Positions 39,238 through 48,445 of a stretch of DNA of 64,000 nucleotides are shown piece after piece. The notes under the pieces were generated by a model. That model had not been told where the DNA came from. It was given only the letters and a program-made list of their open reading frames with translations, and ran no database searches. The stretch's first letter is position 1. Each line of letters begins with the position of its first letter. The translations under genes were made by a program, and so were the position numbers. Source of the stretch: Bacteroidales bacterium (GTDB taxonomy: Bacteria; Bacteroidota; Bacteroidia; Bacteroidales; VadinHA17); the NCBI GenBank assembly GCA_036743455.1, contig DAINPM010000003.1, forward strand, positions 4,712 through 68,711. Direction: 5' to 3'.

Positions 39238-40320
39238 ATGGAAAAAAGGGCAAGAATAAAACTCTCACTTGAAGATGGAACAGTATATTACGGAAAATCT
39301 TTTGGATCAGAGACTCCTTCTGCAGGTGAGGTAGTGTTCAATACGGCTATGACCGGTTACCCTGAAAGTCTTACTGATCCTTCATACCGCGGACAAATCC
39401 TGTGTCTGACTTACCCTCTTGTTGGTAACTATGGAGCTCCGGCAAAAAGTGAAGAGAACAGTCTGTATAAATTCTATGAATCATCATCCATTCATATTAA
39501 AGGACTTATCGTGTCTGATTATTCTTTTGACTACAGCCACTGGAATGCCTCAGAAAGTCTTGATGAATGGCTCAGACGGAATAATGTGCCGGGGATCTAT
39601 GGCATAGATACAAGAGCTCTTACCAGAAAAATCCGGGAGAGAGGAGTCATGTTGGGCAAACTTGAGCCGGAGAATACCGAAATACCCTTCTACGACCCCA
39701 ACGGGCTTAATCTGGTTGAAGAAGTCAGCACCCGCAACATTAAAACATACGGTTCCGGAAAATACAAAATACTCCTTGTTGATTGCGGAGTAAAATATAA
39801 TATTATAAGAAGCCTGTTGAAACATGATGTTACTATAATAAGGGTCCCATGGAATCATGATTTTACCAATGAAGAATACGACGGTCTCTTTCTGACTAAT
39901 GGTCCGGGCAATCCTAAAATGTGCGATATCACTATTAATAACATCCGAAAATCTTTTAATAAAGATATTCCTATTTTCGGTATTTGTCTTGGGAATCAGC
40001 TTATGGCACTTGCTTCAGGAGCAGATACATATAAATTAAAATACGGCCACAGAAGTCATAATCAGCCTGTAATGGAATTAAGTAGCGGAAGGGCTTATAT
40101 AACATCACAGAATCACGGTTATGCTGTTGATAATGATACCCTGGGGAAAGAATGGGAACCTTTGTTTATTAATCTTAACGATAAAACCAATGAAGGGATG
40201 AAACATAAAGGCAAACCTTTCTTTTCAGTCCAGTTTCATCCCGAAGCATCCGGTGGCCCTACAGATACTGCATACTTATTTAATATGTTTATTGAAGAAA
40301 TAAGGAGATTCCGAACATAG
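39238..40320 (+). CDS. carA: Carbamoyl-phosphate synthase small (glutamine amidotransferase) subunit
   Basis: Catalytic-Cys motif GICLGNQL, then QFHPEAS and the N-terminal CPSase_sm domain. The ORF-track GTG at 39196 is probably an over-extension; MEKRARIKLSLEDGT starts at 39238. Confidence 0.93.
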   Translation: MEKRARIKLSLEDGTVYYGKSFGSETPSAGEVVFNTAMTGYPESLTDPSYRGQILCLTYPLVGNYGAPAKSEENSLYKFYESSSIHIKGLIVSDYSFDYSHWNASESLDEWLRRNNVPGIYGIDTRALTRKIRERGVMLGKLEPENTEIPFYDPNGLNLVEEVSTRNIKTYGSGKYKILLVDCGVKYNIIRSLLKHDVTIIRVPWNHDFTNEEYDGLFLTNGPGNPKMCDITINNIRKSFNKDIPIFGICLGNQLMALASGADTYKLKYGHRSHNQPVMELSSGRAYITSQNHGYAVDNDTLGKEWEPLFINLNDKTNEGMKHKGKPFFSVQFHPEASGGPTDTAYLFNMFIEEIRRFRT

Positions 40321-40354
40321 CCACCAGCATTCGTCAGACTATCTGGCATCAGAC

Positions 40355-41701
40355 CTATGGCCTGCCTCCTGCTTTCATCAGTTTCCATACAATTTCATCT
40401 GACGGCTGGTTTTTAAAACACTTCAACCGATCTCTGAATCTTTTTTCTATTTCTTTATTGCACAAATTCCCGATACTACCTTCATGAACATAATCAGATA
40501 TTGTTGTCTTTGAAAAAGAAGCCTTTTTTATTGTTTCAGAAACAGCTTTGTATGCATCTCTGAAAGGAATCCCTTCTTTAACCAGACGGTTAACTTCTTC
40601 CGTACTGAAAATAGGATTATAAAGAGTATTATCTGTGATATTCTTCCTTATTCTGATATTATTAAGCATAAGTATCATCACTTCAACAGATTCCTTAATA
40701 TCTGCAAAAGCATCGAACAACAATTGTTTCAATAACTGCAGGTCACGGTTATACCCTGAAGGAAGATTAGAGACCAGCATAGCTGTTTTACCGGGCAATG
40801 TCTGGATAATATTTGATCGACCTCGTATAAGTTCAAACACATCAGGATTCTTTTTCTGAGGCATTATACTTGAACCGGTAACAAATTCTTCAGGAAAATC
40901 AACAAATCTGTATTCTGCACTCATATAGAGACATACATCCATCGAGAATCGTGCAAGAGTCTGTGCCAGAGATGCCAGTCCGGAAGCAACAGCCATTTCA
41001 ACCTTTCCGCGACTCAGACTGGCATAAGCTGAATTATACAAAAGATCATCAAATTCAAGAAGATCTGTAGTCAGTTTTCTGTTTATCGGGAGAGTGGTTC
41101 CAAATCCTGCTGCGGTACCCAGAGGATTAGTGTTATTGATATTACGTGCTGCACACAACAGAGCCAGGTCATCACTCAGACATTCTGCATAAGCCCCAAA
41201 CCACAAACCGAATGAAGATACCATCGCAGGCTGCATATGAGTATACCCCGGAAGAAGTGAATCTTTGTGCTTATTACTTAATGAAATAAATGTATCAAAA
41301 AGTTTGCCTGTAAGGACAGCCAGATTATCTATCTCCTCTCTCAGGTAAAGCCTCATGTCAAGCAATACCTGATCATTTCTGGAACGACCTGTATGTACTT
41401 TCTTCCCTGCCGGACCAAGAACCGATACCAACTCTTTTTCAACCTGTGAATGAATATCTTCTATGTTTTCTTCGATAACAAGCTCTCCCTTTTGGTCTTT
41501 TTTGTATAGTGAATAAAGAGTATCCAGTATATCATTTTTCTCATCTTCAGAAATTAAACCTGTGGATTCGAGCATTATAACATGCGCCATTGAGCCTATA
41601 ATATCCCATTTGGCAAATACAAGATCGGTTTTTCTGTCTTTCCCCGCAGTATACTCAATTATTGCAGGATCCGGTTTTATACCTTTTTCCCAAAGTTTCA
41701 T
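40355..41701 (-). CDS. argH: Argininosuccinate lyase
   Basis: 448 aa. Fumarate-lyase signature GSSIMPQKKNPD. Confidence 0.93.
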   Translation of the reverse strand: MKLWEKGIKPDPAIIEYTAGKDRKTDLVFAKWDIIGSMAHVIMLESTGLISEDEKNDILDTLYSLYKKDQKGELVIEENIEDIHSQVEKELVSVLGPAGKKVHTGRSRNDQVLLDMRLYLREEIDNLAVLTGKLFDTFISLSNKHKDSLLPGYTHMQPAMVSSFGLWFGAYAECLSDDLALLCAARNINNTNPLGTAAGFGTTLPINRKLTTDLLEFDDLLYNSAYASLSRGKVEMAVASGLASLAQTLARFSMDVCLYMSAEYRFVDFPEEFVTGSSIMPQKKNPDVFELIRGRSNIIQTLPGKTAMLVSNLPSGYNRDLQLLKQLLFDAFADIKESVEVMILMLNNIRIRKNITDNTLYNPIFSTEEVNRLVKEGIPFRDAYKAVSETIKKASFSKTTISDYVHEGSIGNLCNKEIEKRFRDRLKCFKNQPSDEIVWKLMKAGGRP

Positions 41702-41756
41702 GTTTTCAATAGTGTTTGTTAAACGGCTTTACTGCCTTGTGAATTTTCCTGCAAAA

Positions 41757-42989
41757 CTATCTCGCTTTGCTTTCTTCGATAATAGCCCTGTGTGCCATAA
41801 GCCTCATGGCATTTATCTTTATAAAGCCTCTGCTGTCGGTCTGGTCAAAACCGCCTTCAATATCCATACTTGATAATTTACTGTTATACAATGAAGAAGG
41901 TGATTCTCTCCCTTCAATTATCACATTACCTTTATACAGACAAAGGTGCACACTGCCATCAATGAGTTCCTGGCTTTTTGTAATGGCAGCCATAAGAAAA
42001 TCCATTTCCGGACTGAACCAGAAGCCGTTGTAAATAAGCTCTGCAAATTTCGGAGTCAACATGCTGACAAGCCTCATCACCTCTCTGTCCATAGCAATTC
42101 CTTCAATGTCTTTATGAGCCAGGTGTAGTACTGTTGCTGCCGGGGTCTCATATACACCCCTCGATTTAATTCCAACGAACCTGTTTTCAACCATATCAAG
42201 CAGACCTATACCATTCTTCCCTGCCAGATCATTAAGATAAACAAACAAGTCGTACGGATCATCTTTCAGTGTCCCGTCATCCTTATTTATCACTTTAACT
42301 GGCACTCCGTTTTTAAAATGAATCACTATCCTGGTTTCTTTATCAGGAGCATCCTGAGGCATAACCATTTTTTCAAGCATACTCTTGTTGAGTGTATACA
42401 TAGGATCTTCCAGAACACCTGCCTCATGACTGATATGCATGAGATTCTCATCTTCACTGTACGGTTTATCAATACTGGCTTTCACCGGGATCTTTCTTTC
42501 AGAAGCATATTTCAAAAGATCAGTCCTGCCCTTGAACAACGCCAGAAATTCCTTATCCTTCCAGGGTGATATTACCTTTACATCGGGCATGAGAGCGTAG
42601 TAACAAAGTTCAAACCTGACCTGATCATTACCTTTTCCGGTAGCACCATGAGCTACTGCCGAAGCTCCCTCCTGCCTGCAGACTTCTATCTGCTTTTTAG
42701 CAATAAGCGGCCTAGCAAGAGCTGTCCCAAGCAAATACCTGTCTTCATAAATGGCATTCCCCATAATTGCCTTATATACATAGTCTGTAACAAACTCTCT
42801 CTTCAGATCAGAAATGATAACCTTTGATGCCCCCAGGAGTAAAGCCTTTTTTTTGCATTCCTCAAAATCATCTGCCTGTCCGACATCTGCTACAAAAGCA
42901 ATTACATCATAATCTTTTTCTATCAGCCACTTCAGAATAACCGAAGTATCCAGACCTCCGCTGTAGGCCAATACTACTTTTTCTTTCAT
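41757..42989 (-). CDS. argG: Argininosuccinate synthase
   Basis: 410 aa. Contains AYSGGLDTS and [13 protein letters not shown]. Confidence 0.95.
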   Translation of the reverse strand: MKEKVVLAYSGGLDTSVILKWLIEKDYDVIAFVADVGQADDFEECKKKALLLGASKVIISDLKREFVTDYVYKAIMGNAIYEDRYLLGTALARPLIAKKQIEVCRQEGASAVAHGATGKGNDQVRFELCYYALMPDVKVISPWKDKEFLALFKGRTDLLKYASERKIPVKASIDKPYSEDENLMHISHEAGVLEDPMYTLNKSMLEKMVMPQDAPDKETRIVIHFKNGVPVKVINKDDGTLKDDPYDLFVYLNDLAGKNGIGLLDMVENRFVGIKSRGVYETPAATVLHLAHKDIEGIAMDREVMRLVSMLTPKFAELIYNGFWFSPEMDFLMAAITKSQELIDGSVHLCLYKGNVIIEGRESPSSLYNSKLSSMDIEGGFDQTDSRGFIKINAMRLMAHRAIIEESKAR

Positions 42990-43038
42990 CTCTCTTTATT
43001 ATTTGTAAATTATTATTGACAGTATTCCAATGAAATAC

Positions 43039-43518
43039 TTATTTTTTTCTTACCTGTTCATGTATGCCGGGAAAAATGATCTCAAGACATGCATGAGCCT
43101 GCGAATTCGTTATCCCGTCACGCGGTATAATCAATATTGTATCATCGCCTGCTATTGTTCCCGCTATTTCATAACGGGCTGTGCTGTCAATGTAAAATGC
43201 TGTATTGCTGGCATTACCCGGCATGGTCCTTATAACAATCAAGCCTTTTGCATCAATTATATCATGGATAACCGGCAGCAATTGTAATTCTCCCCTTTTA
43301 ACTGCTGAATCTACGGGATTATCCATTATAACATACTTATAGCCTCCCTTCCCGTCAGGAATTCTTCCAGCTCCTAACTGACGAAGATCGCGGGATAATG
43401 TTGCCTGAGTGCAACTTACACCCCTCTTCTTTAGTTTACCCAGCAATAAATCATGGGAAGAAATGTCTTCTTCCTTTATCAACTTCTCTATTTCCAGCAA
43501 ACGCTCGGATTTATGCAT
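43039..43518 (-). CDS. argR: Arginine repressor
   Basis: 159 aa. Winged-helix N-domain (VSCTQATLSRDLRQLG) and C-terminal oligomerisation/arginine-binding motif GTIAGDDTILII. Confidence 0.9.
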   Translation of the reverse strand: MHKSERLLEIEKLIKEEDISSHDLLLGKLKKRGVSCTQATLSRDLRQLGAGRIPDGKGGYKYVIMDNPVDSAVKRGELQLLPVIHDIIDAKGLIVIRTMPGNASNTAFYIDSTARYEIAGTIAGDDTILIIPRDGITNSQAHACLEIIFPGIHEQVRKK

Positions 43519-43550
43519 AATTATTCATTGAGGCTGCAAATATATTCATT
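43512..43550. promoter_or_regulatory. Tandem ARG boxes (ArgR operator) in the argR/carB divergent spacer
   Basis: Box 1 is TATGCATAATTATTCATT (43512-43529). Box 2 is GCTGCAAATATATTCATT (43533-43550). Both fit the 18-bp WNTGAATWWWWATTCANW consensus with 1 and 2 core mismatches (a third mismatch at the first, W, position of box 2), and their starts are exactly 21 bp apart, as in classical paired ARG boxes. Confidence 0.65.
43537..43544 (-). promoter_or_regulatory. Bacteroidota-type -7 promoter box (TAnnTTTG) for argR, embedded in ARG box 2
   Basis: The reverse strand reads TATATTTG, 18 nt upstream of the argR ATG. Confidence 0.45.
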
Positions 43551-43613
43551 TTTTTGAATTAATAAATTTTGGATAATAATTTTTGTACTATTTTTATGCC
43601 CCAAATCCTGATA

Positions 43614-46600
43614 ATGAAAGACGATATAAAAAAAGTTGTGATCCTGGGTTCAGGAGCGCTTAAAATAGGGGAAGCAGGAGAATTTGATTATTCAGGGTCT
43701 CAGGCTTTAAAAGCTCTTAACGAAGAAAGGATAAAAACCATTCTGATAAATCCCAACATTGCAACGGTACAAACATCGGAAAACCTGGCAGATAAGATTT
43801 ATTTTCTGCCGGTAACCCCGTTTTTTGTTGAGAAAGTTATAGCCAAAGAAAGGCCTGACGGGATACTTCTCTCTTTTGGAGGGCAGACAGCTCTAAACTG
43901 TGGTACAGAGCTTTTTAAAAATGGTGTCTTTGAGAGATACAATGTAAGAGTATTGGGTACTCCTGTAGAGGCTATTAATGATACTGAAGACCGTGAATTA
44001 TTTGTCAGAAGACTTAACGAAATAAATGTCATGACGCCGCAGAGCATTGCTGTCATGAGTGCAGATGATGCTCTTAAGGCTGCTGAGAAACTAGGGTTCC
44101 CTGTAATTATAAGGGCTGCATACACACTGGGCGGACAGGGTAGCGGATTTGCCTCAACGGGAGATGAACTGAAAGCTCTGGCAAAAAAAGCCTTTTCATA
44201 CACAAACCAGATACTTGTAGAGGAATCACTAAAAGGCTGGAAAGAGGTGGAATATGAAGTAGTACGTGACAAATATGACAACTGCATCACTGTATGTAAC
44301 ATGGAAAATTTCGATCCTCTCGGAATTCACACCGGTGAAAGTATTGTTGTCGCACCTTCACAAACCCTTACCAATAACGAATATCATAAGCTGAGAGAAT
44401 TATCGATCAGAATAATAAGACACATAGGTATTGTCGGTGAATGTAATGTACAATATGCTCTCTCTCCCAATTCCGACGACTACAGGGTTATTGAGGTGAA
44501 TGCCAGACTGTCACGGTCCAGTGCCCTGGCTTCAAAAGCAACAGGCTACCCTCTGGCTTTCATTGCAGCAAAACTGGGAATAGGATACGGTCTGCATGAG
44601 CTTACAAACTCTGTTACTAAATCAACTACTGCCTGTTTTGAACCTGCTCTCGATTATATTGTCTGTAAAATACCGCGTTGGGATCTTAATAAATTCCAGG
44701 GAGTATCCCATGCTATTGGGAGTAGTATGAAGAGTGTCGGTGAAGTGATGGCCATTGGAAGAACTTTCGAGGAAGCCATACAGAAAGGACTCCGGATGAT
44801 TGGCCAGGGAATGCACGGATTTACGGGCAACAGAGATCTGGAATTCACCGATATTGAGAAAGAATTGGCTGAACCTACCGATATGAGGATCTTCTCAATT
44901 GCAGAAGCTCTAGAAAAAGGAATGTCCCCCGACAGGATCCATGAACTCACAAAAATAGATACATGGTTCCTTTATAAACTGAAGAATATTATCAACATAA
45001 AAAATGAACTGGAAGAGTACAGGACACTGGAAAATGTTCCGCCTGAATTGTTGCTCCATTCAAAGATAAACGGATTCAGCGATTTCCAGATAGCACGTCA
45101 TGTGCTTCGATCTGAAGCGACAGAGATCAACGACGATCTGATGAAAGTAAGGAAATACCGGAAATCACTGGGAATAGTACCTTATGTCAGACAGATAGAT
45201 ACACTGGCAGCAGAGTATCCCGCTGTAACCAATTATCTTTATCTGACTTATAGTGGTGCGGAACATGATATAGATTACAAAAATGACAATAAATCAGTTA
45301 TCGTTCTTGGTTCCGGTGCCTACAGGATAGGATCAAGTGTGGAATTTGACTGGTGCTCCGTAAATGCAGTAGACTGTATAAAAAAAGAAGGGTACAGATC
45401 CGTAATGATCAACTACAATCCCGAAACAGTAAGTACCGACTATGATATCTGCGACAGACTTTATTTTGATGAGCTGACTTTTGAAAGGGTGCTCGACATT
45501 ATCGACCTCGAAAACCCTAAGGGAGTTATTGTATCAGTAGGCGGCCAGATACCCAATAATCTATCCATGCGTCTGTTCCGGGAAAACATCCCTGTGCTGG
45601 GCACTTCTCCGGTTTCAATCGACAGGGCAGAGAACAGACATAAATTCTCTGAAATGCTTGATAACCTGGGAGTCGATCAACCTAATTGGAAAGAGCTCTC
45701 TTCTGTAGATGATATATTTGATTTTGTCGACCGCATTGGTTTTCCGGTTCTTATAAGACCATCCTATGTGTTATCCGGTATGGCCATGAATGTTGTTTCA
45801 AACAAGAATGAACTCAAACATTATCTCGATCTTGCTGCAAAAGTCTCAAAGCAATATCCTGTTGTGGTGTCTGAATTCATTGAAAATGCAAAGGAAATTG
45901 AAGTTGATGCAGTAGCCGACAGCGGGGATATAATGGCTTATGCAATAAGTGAGCATGTTGAATTTGCAGGTGTTCATTCCGGTGACGCAACAATTGTATT
46001 TCCTCCGCAGAAAATATATTTTGAAACGGTCCGCCGTATTAAACGTATCTCAAGGTTGATAGCCCGCGAACTCAATATTACAGGGCCTTTTAATATTCAA
46101 TATCTGGCCCGCGATAATGACATTAAAGTTATCGAATGTAATCTGAGAGCAAGCCGGAGTATGCCTTTTGTTTCAAAAGTCCTCAAATCAAATCTTATTC
46201 AGCTGGCTACGAAAGTCATGCTCGGCATTCAGACTGAAAAACCTCACAAGTCAGTATTCGAACTTGACTATGTTGGAGTAAAAGCACCCCAGTTCAGCTT
46301 TTCAAGACTGGCTAAAGCCGATCCTGTACTGGGTGTCGACATGAGCTCTACAGGAGAGGTCGGTTGTATAGGAGAAGGTTTTTATGAAGCTATTTTAAAA
46401 GCTATGTTCTCCGTGGGTTACAGAGTACCGAAAAAAGCCATTCTACTCTCAACCGGACCAGCCAGGTCAAAGGTTGAACTGCTAAACAGTGCCCGGGCTC
46501 TCCGGGAAAGAGGACATAAACTGTATGCCACACGGGGTACCCGGCAATTCCTTGTAAATGCAGGTATCGAAGCCCATGTAGCCTACTGGCCCGATGAAAA

Positions 46601-46835
46601 GAAGTCGCCCAACACTATAGAACTGATAAAGTCAGGAGAAGTTGATCTGGTAGTGAACATACCAAAAGACTTAAGTGCCACCGAGCTTGATAATGATTAC
46701 TCAATAAGACGCAACGCCGTCGACTACAACATACCTCTTCTTACCAATGCCCGGCTCGCAAGCGCATTCATCCTAGCCTTTTGCAGATTAAATATTGAAG
46801 ATCTGGCTATTAAAAGCTGGGACGAATATAAATAA
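43614..46835 (+). CDS. carB: Carbamoyl-phosphate synthase large subunit
   Basis: Starts MKDDIKKVVILGSGALKIGEAGEFDYSGSQA. Has two ATP-grasp halves, an oligomerisation domain and an MGS-like C-terminus. The ORF-track TTG at 43569 is likely an over-extension. Confidence 0.95.
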   Translation: MKDDIKKVVILGSGALKIGEAGEFDYSGSQALKALNEERIKTILINPNIATVQTSENLADKIYFLPVTPFFVEKVIAKERPDGILLSFGGQTALNCGTELFKNGVFERYNVRVLGTPVEAINDTEDRELFVRRLNEINVMTPQSIAVMSADDALKAAEKLGFPVIIRAAYTLGGQGSGFASTGDELKALAKKAFSYTNQILVEESLKGWKEVEYEVVRDKYDNCITVCNMENFDPLGIHTGESIVVAPSQTLTNNEYHKLRELSIRIIRHIGIVGECNVQYALSPNSDDYRVIEVNARLSRSSALASKATGYPLAFIAAKLGIGYGLHELTNSVTKSTTACFEPALDYIVCKIPRWDLNKFQGVSHAIGSSMKSVGEVMAIGRTFEEAIQKGLRMIGQGMHGFTGNRDLEFTDIEKELAEPTDMRIFSIAEALEKGMSPDRIHELTKIDTWFLYKLKNIINIKNELEEYRTLENVPPELLLHSKINGFSDFQIARHVLRSEATEINDDLMKVRKYRKSLGIVPYVRQIDTLAAEYPAVTNYLYLTYSGAEHDIDYKNDNKSVIVLGSGAYRIGSSVEFDWCSVNAVDCIKKEGYRSVMINYNPETVSTDYDICDRLYFDELTFERVLDIIDLENPKGVIVSVGGQIPNNLSMRLFRENIPVLGTSPVSIDRAENRHKFSEMLDNLGVDQPNWKELSSVDDIFDFVDRIGFPVLIRPSYVLSGMAMNVVSNKNELKHYLDLAAKVSKQYPVVVSEFIENAKEIEVDAVADSGDIMAYAISEHVEFAGVHSGDATIVFPPQKIYFETVRRIKRISRLIARELNITGPFNIQYLARDNDIKVIECNLRASRSMPFVSKVLKSNLIQLATKVMLGIQTEKPHKSVFELDYVGVKAPQFSFSRLAKADPVLGVDMSSTGEVGCIGEGFYEAILKAMFSVGYRVPKKAILLSTGPARSKVELLNSARALRERGHKLYATRGTRQFLVNAGIEAHVAYWPDEKKSPNTIELIKSGEVDLVVNIPKDLSATELDNDYSIRRNAVDYNIPLLTNARLASAFILAFCRLNIEDLAIKSWDEYK

Positions 46836-46846
46836 CAATAAACATT

Positions 46847-47296
46847 ATGAGAATAGTCAGACAAGCCACAAGAGAAGATGTGCCAGTAATTGTGAATTTC
46901 CAGAAAAAAATGGCCAAGGAAACAGAGCAACTTGTACTGAACGGGAAAATTGTCGAAGAAGGTGTATCTGCTGTTTTTAAAGATATATCACGTGGGAAAT
47001 ATTTCGTTGCAGAAGATAATCGTAAAATTATTGCTTCACTGCTTATTACTTATGAATGGAGCGACTGGCGTAATAGCAACATCTGGTGGTTACAATCAGT
47101 TTATGTAGTACCTGAATATCGCCGGAAAGGTGTTTTCCGGGAAATGTATACATATATTAAAGCCCTGGGAGAAAAGCAGGACATAGCAGGATTAAGGCTA
47201 TATGTTGAAACAAATAATATAAAGGCCAAAATAACCTATGAAGCACTCGGCATGAATTCCGGACATTATGCTTTTTATGAATGGATGAGGAAATAA
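46847..47296 (+). CDS. GNAT-family N-acyltransferase
   Basis: 149 aa. Acyl-CoA-binding motif A region QSVYVVPEYRRKGVFREM. Starts 11 nt after the carB stop. Confidence 0.75.
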   Translation: MRIVRQATREDVPVIVNFQKKMAKETEQLVLNGKIVEEGVSAVFKDISRGKYFVAEDNRKIIASLLITYEWSDWRNSNIWWLQSVYVVPEYRRKGVFREMYTYIKALGEKQDIAGLRLYVETNNIKAKITYEALGMNSGHYAFYEWMRK

Positions 47297-47299
47297 AAG

Positions 47300-48430
47300 A
47301 TGCAGTGGCTTTTACTTGTAGTCATCATACCATATATATACTACCTTCTGAAGGTGTATGTCAGTCTTTCCGGAATAAAACCCTGGATTCCATCATCTGA
47401 GCCAAATGTAAATGTATCGCTTATTGTTCCATGCCGAAATAATGCAAATGAAATATTGCATCTTCTTGCTGCTCTGGCTGAACAAGACTACAACAAAGAT
47501 CTTTTCGAAATAGTGGTTGTGGATGATAACTCAACAGATGATATTGCTGAAGTTATATCACACTTTGACTGTTTTGATAGTCTCAGACTCATTAAAAACA
47601 GTGGCCAAGGGAAAAAAGAAGCACTTCTAACAGGAGTGAAAGCTGTTTCAGGAGATCTTATCATAACAACAGACGCAGATTGTACACCGGGAGCTGGGTG
47701 GATAAGGACTGTTGCATCATTCTACTTTGACAATAAACCTGATTTAATAATTTGTCCTGTTACTTTGGAAAGTAAACCCGGGTTTTTTCAAAGGTTCCAG
47801 GAACTTGAATTTTTAAGTCTGCAGGGTGTAACAGCCGGAACGGCTGCTGCAGGCAGGCCGGTAATGTGCAACGGATCAAATCTTGCGTTTAAAAGAAGCG
47901 TGTTTCTGGAACATTCTGTGAACCTACGCTATGATATACCATCAGGGGATGATATTTTTTTATTGCAAAGCATCATTAAGAAGGCCGGAACAAAAATCAG
48001 ATGGCTCGAATCAGACAGGGCACTAATGACAACTTCTCCATGTAATGATTTGCCTTCTTTCATCAGGCAGAGAAAGAGATGGATATCAAAAGCCCCGTCT
48101 TATTCTGAAAAATTACCAGTAGTAATGGCTCTCTCAACACTCGCGACAACACTGCTACAGGTATCACTTTTATTTGCAGCAGTCTTCATACCTGAAGTCA
48201 TTCCGGTGCTTTTAGCATCCTTTATTATGAAATCGATACCTGATTACCTTATTCTGAAAAATACAACAAAAAGATATGGATCAATATACCTTATGAAATG
48301 GTTTCTCCCGGCTCAGATTGTATATCCTTTTTATGTTACTACGGTCCTGATAAGTCTGGCCTTCCCCCTGACAATGAGCAAATCTGCGAATAAAACCCAT
48401 AAGAAAAGAGAAGAAAACCGGATAAATTGA
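47300..48430 (+). CDS. Membrane-embedded family 2 glycosyltransferase with D,D,D,QxxRW motifs
   Basis: 376 aa with an N-terminal TM helix. Contains VSLIVPCRN, VVDDNSTDD, TTDADC and RQRKRW, followed by C-terminal TM helices. Starts 3 nt after the GNAT stop. Confidence 0.75.
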   Translation: MQWLLLVVIIPYIYYLLKVYVSLSGIKPWIPSSEPNVNVSLIVPCRNNANEILHLLAALAEQDYNKDLFEIVVVDDNSTDDIAEVISHFDCFDSLRLIKNSGQGKKEALLTGVKAVSGDLIITTDADCTPGAGWIRTVASFYFDNKPDLIICPVTLESKPGFFQRFQELEFLSLQGVTAGTAAAGRPVMCNGSNLAFKRSVFLEHSVNLRYDIPSGDDIFLLQSIIKKAGTKIRWLESDRALMTTSPCNDLPSFIRQRKRWISKAPSYSEKLPVVMALSTLATTLLQVSLLFAAVFIPEVIPVLLASFIMKSIPDYLILKNTTKRYGSIYLMKWFLPAQIVYPFYVTTVLISLAFPLTMSKSANKTHKKREENRIN

Positions 48431-48445
48431 TCTCCGTTCAATTGG

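Noticed and set aside
43021-43039. A 19-bp imperfect palindrome, AGTATTCCAATGAAATACT (16 of 19 symmetric), between the argR stop and argG, considered as an additional ARG box or attenuator.
   Set aside because: The half-site orientation and spacing do not fit the ARG-box consensus, and the AT-rich stem is weak with no T tract. It may just be an intercistronic hairpin, and the evidence is insufficient.
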